A stretch of DNA of 64,000 nt from Planctomycetota bacterium (GCA_965228735.1 OZ245838.1:1056001-1120000); one strand, 5' to 3'. Shown: positions 10,203 through 19,115, counted from the first letter of the stretch. The notes: generated from the sequence alone by a model not told the origin. Numbers and translations: made by a program.

Positions 10203-10591
10203 GACCGGTCCTCCTTCCGGCGCTCGGCGTCGGCCAGCAGCTGGCGCAACCGATCGAGCTCGTCGCGGCTCGGCTGGCGGGCCTCGAGGGCGCTCGCCAC
10301 GAGCTGATCGAGCGCGCCGTCGAAGACCGACTCGAGCAGACCGCCGAGCAACTTCTTCTTCGTGCCATCGGGCGACACTGCCGCGCGATAGACGAACGTG
10401 CGCCCTTCGCTGCGGTGGGTCACGAGCCCCTTCTCCTCCATGGTCCGAAGGAACGCCTGGACGGTGTTCTGCACGATCGGCACGTCGTCGCGAAGCGCCT
10501 CGTAGACGGCTCGGACCGTCGCTTCCTCACGTTCCCAGAGGACCTTGAGGATCTGCAGTTCGCGTTCGGTGGGTTCGGGGTGGTTGGCCAT
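10199..10591 (-). CDS. BlaI/MecI/CopY family transcriptional repressor
   Basis: PTERELQILKVLWE, TVRAVYE, NTVQAFLRTMEEKGLV, GRTFVYRA, VFDGA; paired with the M56 gene. Confidence 0.92.
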   Translation of the reverse strand: MANHPEPTERELQILKVLWEREEATVRAVYEALRDDVPIVQNTVQAFLRTMEEKGLVTHRSEGRTFVYRAAVSPDGTKKKLLGGLLESVFDGALDQLVASALEARQPSRDELDRLRQLLADAERRKEDRS

Positions 10592-10633
10592 GTCGGGCTC
10601 TCGTCTGACGTTTTCGGTCGCTGATTATTCCAA

Positions 10634-10649
10634 GCTTAGTTAACTAAGC
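10634..10649. promoter_or_regulatory. Perfect 16-bp palindrome GCTTAGTTAACTAAGC, candidate BlaI-family operator overlapping the promoter
   Basis: AT-rich perfect dyad about 40 bp upstream of the repressor start. On the minus strand TTGCAG-16 nt-TAAGCT spans it. Confidence 0.7.
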
Positions 10650-10670
10650 GAAAACTGCAAGGGGCGCCGA

Positions 10671-10727
10671 GGCTGCTGGGTTGGGTGTGGATCCGGGTTC
10701 CCGGGCTGCCGGGTCGGCTGTGGATCC
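10671..10727. repeat. Imperfect 24-bp direct repeat, 33-bp period
   Basis: GGCTGCTGGGTTGGGTGTGGATCC (10671-10694) and GGCTGCCGGGTCGGCTGTGGATCC (10704-10727). Confidence 0.7.
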
Positions 10728-10743
10728 AAAGCGGCCGGCGCAC

Positions 10744-10766
10744 AACCCCCGGTATCGCCGGGGGTT
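10744..10766 (-). terminator. Hairpin just downstream of the serA stop, probable terminator
   Basis: AACCCCCGG-TATCG-CCGGGGGTT, 9-bp stem, weak U tract. Confidence 0.55.
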
Positions 10767-10776
10767 CCGGGTGCGC

Positions 10777-12369
10777 TCAGCTGACCTGGGCGACGCGTTC
10801 GATTGCCGCGATCGCGCGGATCGCGTCGAGCTGCTCGCTCGAGAGCTCGCGATCGATGTTCAGGATCGCGAGTGCCGGCCGCGCGGTGCCCTCGGCGCCG
10901 GAGTCACCCGTGCCGATCTGCATCCGCGAGATGTTGATGCCCGCATCGCCGAGGGTCGTGCCGAGTTGCCCGACGACGCCGGGTTCGTCGCGGTGGAACG
11001 TGACGAGCATCGGGCCCTCGGGGATCGCGTCGAGGACGTAGTCGTCGAGTTCCACGAGTCGGCCGTGGCGCTGACCGAGCACGGTGCCCGACGCGTAGTG
11101 CCGGACCTCGTCGATCACGGCCTCGACGCGCACGAGCGACATGAAGTCGCGCTTCATGGACGAGCTCTCGCTGTGCGTGCGCACGCCGAGTTCGCCGGCG
11201 ATGCGCTCCGCGTTCACGGGCGTCACGGTGCCTTCGACGGCGTGCTGCAGGCCGCCACACAGCATGGCGACGAGCAGCGAGCGGTGCGCCGAGGCGGGGA
11301 TGCCGCCCTGCACGGACAGGCGCAGCGACTGCACGCGACCGCGGTGCACCTGCGTGAGGATCGCGGCGAGGTTGCGCGACAGGTCGAGCCACGGGCCGAT
11401 CTGCGCGGCGTCGGCCGGCGCGACGCGCGGCACGTTGATGCCGTTCAGGATGACGCCCTTCTTGACCGCGAGCACCGTCTGACGCGCCATGTCGAGCGAC
11501 ACGTTGCGCTTGGCCTCGACCGTCGACGCGCCGATGTGCGGCGTCAGGACGAGATTCGGCGCCGAACGCAACGGGCTGTCCGCCGGCAGCGGTTCCTTCT
11601 CGAACACGTCGAGCGCGGCGCCGCCGAGGTGACCGCTCTCGAGCGCCTCGCACAGCGCGGCCTCGTCGACGATGCCGCCGCGGGCGGCGTGCACGAGGCG
11701 GGCGCCGGGCTTCATGCTCTGGATGCGCTCGCGGGACAGCAGCCCCCTGGTCTCGTCCGCGAGCGGCACGTGGATGCTCACGAAGTCGCTGGAAGCGAGC
11801 AGTTCGTCGAGCTCGAGCATGCGCACGCCGTCGGGCGCGTTCTTCTGGGTCACGAACGGGTCGAACGCGGCCACCGTCATGCCGAGGCCGCGGCAGCGAT
11901 CGGCAACGACGCGGCCGATGCGGCCCAGGCCGAGGATGCCGGCCTGCTTGCCGTTGAGCTCGACGCCCGTGAACTTGCTCTTCTCCCACTTGCCGGCGCG
12001 GATCGACGCATCGGCCGCCGGGATCTTGCGCGCTAGGCTCACGAGCAGCGCGATCGCGAGCTCGCCCGTCGTGACGGCGCCGGCCTCGGGCGTGTTCATC
12101 ACGACGATCCCGCGCGCGGTCGCGGCCTCGACGTCGATGTTGTCGACGCCGATGCCGGCGCGCCCGATCAGCGTGAGGTTGTCGGCGAGTTCGAGGCTGC
12201 GCTTCGTGACCTTGGTCGCCGAACGGACGATCAGCGCGTGGTAGTCGGCGAGCTCGGACCGCAATGCGTCCTCGTCCATGCCGGTCTTGACGGTGATGTC
12301 GCCGGCTTCCTGCAGGAGTTCGAGGCCTTCCGCGGAGAGTTCGTCCGCTACGAGAATCTTGGTCGTCAT
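10777..12369 (-). CDS. serA: D-3-phosphoglycerate dehydrogenase (long form, ASB and ACT domains)
   Basis: MTTKILVAD, IVRSATKV, GRAGIGVDNID, GLGRIG, ARGGIVDE, TPHIGASTVEA, C-terminal DEPGVVGQLGTTLGDAGINISRMQ. Confidence 0.95.
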   Translation of the reverse strand: MTTKILVADELSAEGLELLQEAGDITVKTGMDEDALRSELADYHALIVRSATKVTKRSLELADNLTLIGRAGIGVDNIDVEAATARGIVVMNTPEAGAVTTGELAIALLVSLARKIPAADASIRAGKWEKSKFTGVELNGKQAGILGLGRIGRVVADRCRGLGMTVAAFDPFVTQKNAPDGVRMLELDELLASSDFVSIHVPLADETRGLLSRERIQSMKPGARLVHAARGGIVDEAALCEALESGHLGGAALDVFEKEPLPADSPLRSAPNLVLTPHIGASTVEAKRNVSLDMARQTVLAVKKGVILNGINVPRVAPADAAQIGPWLDLSRNLAAILTQVHRGRVQSLRLSVQGGIPASAHRSLLVAMLCGGLQHAVEGTVTPVNAERIAGELGVRTHSESSSMKRDFMSLVRVEAVIDEVRHYASGTVLGQRHGRLVELDDYVLDAIPEGPMLVTFHRDEPGVVGQLGTTLGDAGINISRMQIGTGDSGAEGTARPALAILNIDRELSSEQLDAIRAIAAIERVAQVS

Positions 12370-12398
12370 GTTCGCGAGTGAACGTAGCAGCCCGCGTC

Positions 12399-13841
12399 TC
12401 AGCGCGCGCCCTTCCCGCGCAGGATGACCGCGACCGTCTTGAGGATGATCGTCAGGTCGAACAGCGGGGCCATGTTCTTGATGTAGTAGAGGTCGTAGCG
12501 CAGCTTCTCGCGCGCGTCGTCGACCGATGCGCCGTACTCGGCCTGCACCTGCGCCCAGCCCGTGAGTCCCGGCTTGACGGTGTGGCGCAGCGGGTAGAAC
12601 GGGATCTCCTCGGTCAGCTGCTCGACGAACACCGGCCGCTCGGGGCGCGGGCCGACGAACGACATGTGACCGTTCAGGATGTTGATGAACTGCGGGATCT
12701 CGTCGATGCGGGCGAGCCGCAGGAACTTGCCGACCCGGGTCACGCGGACGTCGTTCTTCTTGGCCCAGACCGGCCCCGACTCCTTCTCGGCGTCGACCGT
12801 CATCGTGCGGAACTTGATGACGTTGAACGGCGCGCCGTCCTGGCCGACGCGTTCTTGCGTGAAGAAGATCGGGCCGCGGCTCGTGAGCTTGACGGCGAGG
12901 GCAGCGAGCAGGCACAGCGGCGAGGACAGCACGAGACCGACGGTCGCGGCGACGATGTCGACGACGCGCTTGAGCGCCATCGTCAGCGGGTCCTTCGTGA
13001 ACCCGCGGCCGTAGATCAGGTAGCTCGGCCGCATGCTCTCGACCGCGAGCTTGCCCGTGAGGCGCTCGTACATCGCCTCGCGTTCTTCGATCGTCACGCC
13101 GTCGGTGCGGCAGTCGAGCAGCTCGTTGACCGGCACGCGGCCGCGGCGTTCGCGCAGCGCGACGACCACGCGGCTGATGCCCTCGCGGCGGCAGAGGGTG
13201 CGCAGCGCGTCGAGCTTGCCGACGGTCGGCGCGTCGCCGGGTTGCGCTGCGATGGGGGGCTGGCCCGGTTCCTCGACGAAACCGCAGAGTTCGTAGCCGG
13301 CCATCGGGTTCTGCTGGATGAGCCGGCCGAGCCGAACGGCCTCATCGGCGGCCCCGACGATGATGACCCGTTCGCCGAAGCGCCACTTGTAGAAGAACCA
13401 GTGGAACGCGTGGCGCAGCACGTAGACGAGCGCGAACGCGACCCCGAGCAGCAGGATCAGCTTCCATGTGTCGCCGCTGACGTCGTCGAGCCCGGGGAAG
13501 TAGAACAGCCCCGGCGCGACGAGCACGAGCACCGCGAGCATCACGAGCGAGTAGCCGCACGAGTGCACGAGGCGGGTGACGAGTTCGGCGCGGTTCTGCG
13601 CCGTGCGCCAGTCGTAGAGGTCGTTGTAGCTGAGCGACGCCTGGCAGATGATCGCGATCGTCACGCACGTGAGCAGCCCGAGAACGGTGCCCCACGTCGG
13701 CGCGAACATGTCGAAGTTCGAGTTGCTCGCGAGCGGCGGCGCGCTCGTGCCGAAGTACATCACGGCGGTGAACAGCAGGTTCTCCGCGAGCAGCAAGACG
13801 AGCTTGCGGCGCGGGATCATCTGTTCGGCGAGCGATACCAT
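12399..13841 (-). CDS. Polyprenyl glycosylphosphotransferase (WcaJ/WbaP-like priming sugar transferase)
   Basis: Four or five N-terminal TMs, IIVGA Rossmann-like segment, KRVVDI, KFRTM, DEIPQFINIL.GHMSFVGPRPERP, VKPGLTGWAQV, DLYYIKN. Start at 13841 or 13820; the frame stays open upstream into YraN. Confidence 0.92.
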   Translation of the reverse strand: MVSLAEQMIPRRKLVLLLAENLLFTAVMYFGTSAPPLASNSNFDMFAPTWGTVLGLLTCVTIAIICQASLSYNDLYDWRTAQNRAELVTRLVHSCGYSLVMLAVLVLVAPGLFYFPGLDDVSGDTWKLILLLGVAFALVYVLRHAFHWFFYKWRFGERVIIVGAADEAVRLGRLIQQNPMAGYELCGFVEEPGQPPIAAQPGDAPTVGKLDALRTLCRREGISRVVVALRERRGRVPVNELLDCRTDGVTIEEREAMYERLTGKLAVESMRPSYLIYGRGFTKDPLTMALKRVVDIVAATVGLVLSSPLCLLAALAVKLTSRGPIFFTQERVGQDGAPFNVIKFRTMTVDAEKESGPVWAKKNDVRVTRVGKFLRLARIDEIPQFINILNGHMSFVGPRPERPVFVEQLTEEIPFYPLRHTVKPGLTGWAQVQAEYGASVDDAREKLRYDLYYIKNMAPLFDLTIILKTVAVILRGKGAR

Positions 13842-14009
13842 CGGCGTTGTGAGAATCGGGAGCGGGAGCGGGAGCGGGAGCGGCGTGCCACGGCGCCCGG
13901 CGCGGCCCTCAGGAGGTCGGCCCTGAGCGCGTCCGTGCGGGGTCTTGTTCGGACCATCGGGGCCAGGCGCTAGAGCGCGACCCGGACCGCCGACAGCATG
14001 GTCCCTTCG

Positions 14010-14429
14010 AAGAACGACGCGGACCTGTGCAAAATGCAACAAATCCCGCGGGGGTGCCGCCGGCCCGGCGCGCTGCCAGCGCACGGCGACGACGTCGATC
14101 TGGAGGGTGCTCGGGCGGGGGCGTAGCGTGGCATCGAGGTCCTGCAGGGCGCGTTCGAGCCGGTCGAGTTGGGCGCGGGTGACGAGACGTTCCGGGGCCG
14201 GGTGGGCGGCCCGGGCCTTGACCTCGACCGCCGCGTAGGTGCGGCCGCGGCGAATCAGCAGGTCGATCTCACCGTGGCGCGTGCGGACGTTGCGACCGAC
14301 GATCCGGGCACCGGTCGCCAGCAGGCCGCGCGCGGCCCAGTCCTCACCCGCGCGCCCGGAGCGCGCGCTCGCCGGCTCGCGGGCCGGTGCGAGCTCAGGC
14401 CGTCTTCTTGGGTTCCTCCACCTGGTCAC
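14010..14429 (-). CDS. yraN: YraN (UPF0102) PD-(D/E)XK-like domain with no stop codon of its own
   Basis: GRAGEDWAARGL, GRNVRTRHGEIDLL, VEVKAR, IDVVAV. Possible GTG start at 14429 inside yajC. The lower boundary is the approximate domain end. Confidence 0.75.
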
Positions 14430-14925
14430 GAACGATGCGCGCCACCGCGGAGCGCTCGAACGTGACCTGCATCGAATCGAGCAGCAACGTGACGGTGCGA
14501 TCGTCGAGCTTGTGCACGGTCGCATGGATGCCCGAGGACGTGACGACGCGGTCGCCCTGCTTGATCGACGCGAGCATCTCCTGCTGCTGCTTCCGCGCCT
14601 TCGATTCGCGGCGGAAGCTCGAGATGATCATGAAGAGCACGACCGCGCCCATCACGAGGAAGAGCGTGCTGTCGAGCCCGCCAGCACCCTGGCCGCCCTG
14701 GCCACCGCCGCCCCCGTTGTCCTGGTTCGGCACGTTGGCGTTCGGGTTGCCGCCCGCCGGCGCGGGGCCGGAGCCGCCCGCCGGACCGCCCGAGGGCGTC
14801 GGATCCTGCGGCATCGAGCTGCTCGTTACCGGCAGCACCCATGTGCCCGCGGCGGCGTCGCGGTGCCAGTCGAGGTTGGAATGGAGCCAGGAAGGCTGGC
14901 AGGAGTCGTTCGTCGTGAGCAGCAT
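14395..14925 (-). CDS. yajC: Preprotein translocase subunit YajC
   Basis: One TM, then KARKQQQEMLASIKQGDRVVTSSGIHATV...VTFERSAVARI. Start uncertain; long Gly/Pro-rich N-terminus. Confidence 0.88.
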   Translation of the reverse strand: MLLTTNDSCQPSWLHSNLDWHRDAAAGTWVLPVTSSSMPQDPTPSGGPAGGSGPAPAGGNPNANVPNQDNGGGGGQGGQGAGGLDSTLFLVMGAVVLFMIISSFRRESKARKQQQEMLASIKQGDRVVTSSGIHATVHKLDDRTVTLLLDSMQVTFERSAVARIVRDQVEEPKKTA

Positions 14926-15050
14926 GTCGGGGCCCGCGGTCGTCGCCGGCGCGGCATCGTGCACGGCGGGGCGGATGGGGGTGCGAAAAGGGCGAGCAGT
15001 ATAGGGCGCGAGGCGGTTGCATAGGAGGCCCTTGTCGGCATCCTGCCGGA

Positions 15051-16160
15051 ATGCGGGTTCTCCTGGCGATGTCGGGCGGTGTGGACAGCAGCGTGGCGGC
15101 GCTGTTGCTGCAGCGCGCGGGCCACGACGTCGTCGGCGTGTTCATGCGCAACGGTGTGACCGGGCTCGACGCGGCCCGATCCGGCGCGCTGCAGGCCGGG
15201 GTTGGCGCCATGGATCGCGCCCCCGGCCAACGGAGCGGTGCGGCGCTCGAGAAGTCGTGCTGTTCGGCCTCGGACGCGCGGGATGCGGCGGTGGTCGCGG
15301 ATCGGCTCGGCATTCCGTTCTACTCGGTGGACTACGCGGCGGAGTTCGGCGGGCTGATCGACCACTTCGCGGCGGAGTACCGCCGCGGCCGAACGCCCAA
15401 CCCCTGTGTCTTGTGCAACACGCAGCTCAAGTTCGGGCACCTTTTCCGGCTCGCGGACGACGTCGACGCCGCCGCGGTCGCCACCGGACACTATGCGCGG
15501 GTCGTCGACGGTGAGCTGTTCACCGCGCGCGATACGAACAAGGACCAGACCTACTACCTTTTCGGGGTCGAACGGGAGTCCCTGCGGCGGGCGCTCTTCC
15601 CGCTCGGCGATCTGACCAAGGACGAGGTGCGCGCGATCGCGGCGGAGGCCGGGTTCACGACGGCGCACAAGCCCGAGTCGATGGAGATCTGCTTCGTGAC
15701 GAGCGGCGACTACCGCGACGTCGTTCGGGCGCGCGGGGGCGGCGGGCGGCCCGGCCGGTTCGTCGACTCGACGGGCCGCGAGCTCGGGCAGCACGACGGG
15801 ATCGACGGCTTCACGGTCGGCCAGCGGCGCGGCCTGCCGGCGCTCGGGACCCCGCACTACGTGGCGCGGATCGACGCCGGGTCGGGCGATGTCGTGCTCG
15901 TCGAACGGGACGGGCTCGCGCGCGCGGCGGCGCTGGTGCGCGGGGCGCACTGGCTCGTGGACGCCCCGGGGGTCGGCGATGTCGTCGTGGCCCAAACCCG
16001 CATCCGGGCCCGGCAGCAGCCGGCGGCGAGTCGACTCGAGGTGCTCGACGGCGACGCCGTGCGCGTGCACTTCGACGCGCCCGTCGAAGCGATCACGCCG
16101 GGGCAGGCCGCCGTGTTCTACGACGGCGAGCGGGTGCTCGGCGGCGGCTGGCTCGACTGA
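15051..16160 (+). CDS. mnmA: tRNA 2-thiouridine(34) synthase MnmA
   Basis: AMSGGVDSSV, GRTPNPCVLCN, ATGHYAR, KDQTYYL, ESMEICF, FTVGQRRG, TPGQAAVFY. Confidence 0.96.
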   Translation: MRVLLAMSGGVDSSVAALLLQRAGHDVVGVFMRNGVTGLDAARSGALQAGVGAMDRAPGQRSGAALEKSCCSASDARDAAVVADRLGIPFYSVDYAAEFGGLIDHFAAEYRRGRTPNPCVLCNTQLKFGHLFRLADDVDAAAVATGHYARVVDGELFTARDTNKDQTYYLFGVERESLRRALFPLGDLTKDEVRAIAAEAGFTTAHKPESMEICFVTSGDYRDVVRARGGGGRPGRFVDSTGRELGQHDGIDGFTVGQRRGLPALGTPHYVARIDAGSGDVVLVERDGLARAAALVRGAHWLVDAPGVGDVVVAQTRIRARQQPAASRLEVLDGDAVRVHFDAPVEAITPGQAAVFYDGERVLGGGWLD

Positions 16161-16245
16161 TCGGCCGGCTCGACGGCTCGGCTGGCTCGCCTCATCGGTT
16201 GGCTCGGGGTGGGCGAGGCCTCGAAACGACGCGGGCCGGTCCTGC

Positions 16246-16335
16246 CGGACCGACCCGTGCCCCGAACGCCCTTGCTCGGACGTAGCGTTCCCGGACGCCC
16301 GTGCTTCGGCCGGCCGTTTCTCCGACGCCGCGCCT
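16246..16335. repeat. Degenerate 15-bp tandem array (about 6 units) in the mnmA/HU convergent gap
   Basis: cggaccgacccgtgc / cccgaacgcccttgc / tcggacgtagcgttc / ccggacgcccgtgct / tcggccggccgtttc / tccgacgccgcgcct. Confidence 0.6.
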
Positions 16336-16373
16336 TAAATTGCGGATTGGTAGCCGCGGCGGGCGCGCCGGGA

Positions 16374-16649
16374 TCAGACGCTGTCCTTGAGCGTCGCACC
16401 CGGGCGGAACCCGACCGTGCGGGACGCCGCGATCTGCATCGGCTCGTTGGTGCGCGGGTTGCGGCCCATGCGCGCCTTGCGGTCCTTCACCTGGAAGGTG
16501 CCGAACCCGACGATCTGGACCTCCTGGTCCTTCTTGAGCCCGGACTGGATCGAGGCCAGCAAGGCGTTGACCGCCCGCTCTGCGTGCGCCTTGCTGCAGT
16601 CGTCGCCGATGTTCTTCTGGACCTCTTCGATGAGCTCTGACTTGTTCAT
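16374..16649 (-). CDS. hup: HU family DNA-binding protein
   Basis: MNKSELIEEV...VQIVGFGTFQVKDRKARMGRNPRT...VGFRPGATLKDSV; AGGAG RBS. Confidence 0.95.
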   Translation of the reverse strand: MNKSELIEEVQKNIGDDCSKAHAERAVNALLASIQSGLKKDQEVQIVGFGTFQVKDRKARMGRNPRTNEPMQIAASRTVGFRPGATLKDSV

Positions 16650-16917
16650 TCTTGCTCCTGATGCTCCCTGATCGCGCGCTGCGCCACCGTGGCGCCCGCG
16701 CGGCCGACCATCGTAGGGTGCCAGGGCGCGCGATGCCATCGAGCACGCGGAATCGTGCCAGGGACAGGACTTGCGGTCGATCGAACCCGCGGGGCGGAGA
16801 GCGAATCTGCGGGTTCCCCACCGGACCGGCTCAAGCCGGCGGCAGGGTCCTGCCGATGCCATGGTCATGGGAGCCCGGGTGCTCCTGCGCACCCCCGAAC
16901 ATTCAGAGGACATACCA

Positions 16918-17946
16918 ATGCGGACCGCGGCCTTCGCTGCCACCATCCTGCTTTCTCTCGCGGCGTGCTCGACGACCCCCAAGAAGGTCAAGAGCGCCTA
17001 CGACCAACCGAACGACCTCATGGCGGTCGAGATCAGCCGCCGCGTCGAGCAGATCCCGTATCTGCACCGCGAGGAGCTGCTCGAGAACCTGCTCTGGCTG
17101 AGCCAGACCGGCGAGCAGACGATCCCGTCGCTGCTCGAAGCGCTGAACAACGACAGCCCGAAGGTCCGCAGCTCGGCGGCCTGGGTGCTCGGTCGTCTGC
17201 GCGATCGTCGCACGATCCCGCAGCTGCAGAACGCGCTCAACGATGCGGAGCCGACCGTGCGCTTCGAAGTCGCGCGCACGCTCGTCGTGCTCGGTGACCT
17301 CGAGCCCGCGCCGATCCTGATCGAGGGCCTGGACAGCGAGCGCAAGGAAGTGCGCTACCTGTGCCACGAGGCGCTGAAGAGCGCGACCGGCCACGACTTC
17401 GGCTTCGACCACCTCGCGATGAGCCAGCAGGACATGCGCCAGTCGGTTCTGAAGTGGCGGCAGTGGTGGGGCGACTACTCGGGCGACGCGGCCTTCGCGA
17501 TGACCTACGAGCGCCAGCACGGCCTGAACCAGCCGGAGCCGATGGGCCAGCCTGCGCAGCCGATGGGCGAGACGCAGCCCCAGAGCGGCCAACAGCAGAA
17601 CGGCCAGCCGCAGGGCTCGGAGAACCCGGAGAGCGCAGCCGGCAACCCGGCGACCGGCACCGAGAGCAGCGCGCCGAGCCAGCCCGAGAACGAGAACCCG
17701 GGCTCGACCACGCCGCCGCCGACCGGCTCGAACCAGGAGAACCCCGAGAACGAGAGCGCCATCGAGGTCACCCCGGTGCCGGTCGTCGAGATCGAGAACA
17801 CGACGCCGAAGGCCGAGTCGAGCGACAAGCCGCAGGTCGTGCCCGTGCCGATCCCGATCGGTGAGCCGAGCAAGCCCTCTGGCAACGGCGGCTCGAGTAG
17901 CGGCAGCAACGGCAGCAGCAAGAGCAACGGCAGCGACGGCCGCTAG
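16918..17946 (+). CDS. HEAT-repeat lipoprotein with a disordered acidic/Pro-rich tail
   Basis: Lipobox LAAC; repeats DSPKVRSSAAWVLG, DAEPTVRFEVARTL, SERKEVRYLCHEAL; GAGGA RBS. Confidence 0.85.
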   Translation: MRTAAFAATILLSLAACSTTPKKVKSAYDQPNDLMAVEISRRVEQIPYLHREELLENLLWLSQTGEQTIPSLLEALNNDSPKVRSSAAWVLGRLRDRRTIPQLQNALNDAEPTVRFEVARTLVVLGDLEPAPILIEGLDSERKEVRYLCHEALKSATGHDFGFDHLAMSQQDMRQSVLKWRQWWGDYSGDAAFAMTYERQHGLNQPEPMGQPAQPMGETQPQSGQQQNGQPQGSENPESAAGNPATGTESSAPSQPENENPGSTTPPPTGSNQENPENESAIEVTPVPVVEIENTTPKAESSDKPQVVPVPIPIGEPSKPSGNGGSSSGSNGSSKSNGSDGR

Positions 17947-18228
17947 GCCAGCGCCGCCGCGGTTCGGGCCTCGGGGTTCGAGCCGCGCACCCGGCCGGCG
18001 CGGCCGAGCGCAGGGACCCTGACCACGGGGTGCCCCGCCGCCGCAGCCGCCGAAAACCCCGCGCGCGACCGCGCCGGGCTCCCATGCCAGCGCGCGGTCT
18101 CCGGCGCACGCCCGTTCCGCGACTGCACCCCGGGGTTTCCCGCTTGCTGGCAATCGACTACCCTTTCGGTGCCCCTCTGGCTCCGCGGAGCCGCCACACC
18201 GTTTCCGTCCCGAAAGGAACCTTTGCCG

Positions 18229-18906
18229 ATGCGCAAGTCCACTTCCGGCCAGGCCAAGACCGGCCAGACCGGCTTCACGCTGATCGAGCTGATGATCGTC
18301 ATCGCGATCATCGGTTTGCTAGCTGCCGTCCTGCTCCCCAGCATCTTCGAGTCGCAGGACGCGGCGAACACGTTGGCTGACAGTCGCAATCTCAGTCGTC
18401 AGTTCGATTGGCTGAATAGCTACAAGCGCAAGCACAACGGCGCGCTGCCCATGAAGGGTGGCTACAGATTCGTCATGGCGCCATGGACGTCCGGCGTGGT
18501 GCAGCAAACGCCCGAGAACTGGGACCGCTATTGGACTCCCGGTCCGGGGCGCGATCAGGACCCGGCCTATCAGGAGCGCCGCACGGAGCTCTTGGCCGGC
18601 AACAAGATCTTCACGAACATCGAGTCCGTGACTTCGCAGGACACCAGCTACGTCGGCCGATCGCGCGACCACATCCGCACCGCGGAGCAGAGCGAGAGCG
18701 AAGCGTGGATGGCGAACGACAACGAATACGGATGGAGCCTGCGTGACGGTTCAGTGAATGTGCTGTTCGCCGGTGGCGTTGTTCGGACCTACAGCTACCA
18801 AATGCTTCGGGAGTTGTACGGCCTTGAAGAGTTCGACGTGAACAACCCCGTGCAGACCTACGGTGGCAACTCGCCGATCGAGGCTTGTCAGAGGCTCGAT
18901 AACTGA
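18229..18906 (+). CDS. Prepilin N-terminal cleavage/methylation domain protein (DUF1559-like)
   Basis: G|FTLIELMIVIAIIGLLAAVLLP; C-terminal VNVLFAGGVV resembles the planctomycete N-x-L-F-x-D-G motif; AAGGA RBS. Confidence 0.85.
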   Translation: MRKSTSGQAKTGQTGFTLIELMIVIAIIGLLAAVLLPSIFESQDAANTLADSRNLSRQFDWLNSYKRKHNGALPMKGGYRFVMAPWTSGVVQQTPENWDRYWTPGPGRDQDPAYQERRTELLAGNKIFTNIESVTSQDTSYVGRSRDHIRTAEQSESEAWMANDNEYGWSLRDGSVNVLFAGGVVRTYSYQMLRELYGLEEFDVNNPVQTYGGNSPIEACQRLDN

Positions 18907-19093
18907 TCGAGATCTGCGTCTCCTCCCGGCCAAACGCAACGGGACGCCGACCCTGGCCAAGCTCGCCAGCCGGCCGCTGCCATTGGCCTTGGCTGCGTTG
19001 CGCTCGCAGGGACGTTCGCTCCTTTTCGAGCGAGGACAGCGACATTGGAGCGCGCTATGGGCCGCTCGCCTAACTCCCTGAACGACCGGTAGG

Positions 19094-19115
19094 GCGGTCG
19101 CCGAGTGGCGACCGC
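19094..19115. terminator. GC hairpin between convergent genes
   Basis: GCGGTCGCC-GAGT-GGCGACCGC, perfect 9-bp stem with no U tract. Confidence 0.45.

Noticed and set aside
7854..10591. Beta-lactam resistance locus
   Set aside because: No beta-lactamase or PBP gene is adjacent, and the M56 protein lacks a penicillin-binding domain.
18910..19090. Possible structured ncRNA after the pilin-like gene (CGCAACG/CGTTGCG, GCCAAG/CTTGGC pairings)
   Set aside because: The stems are short and plausible by chance at this GC content; no recognisable RNA family.
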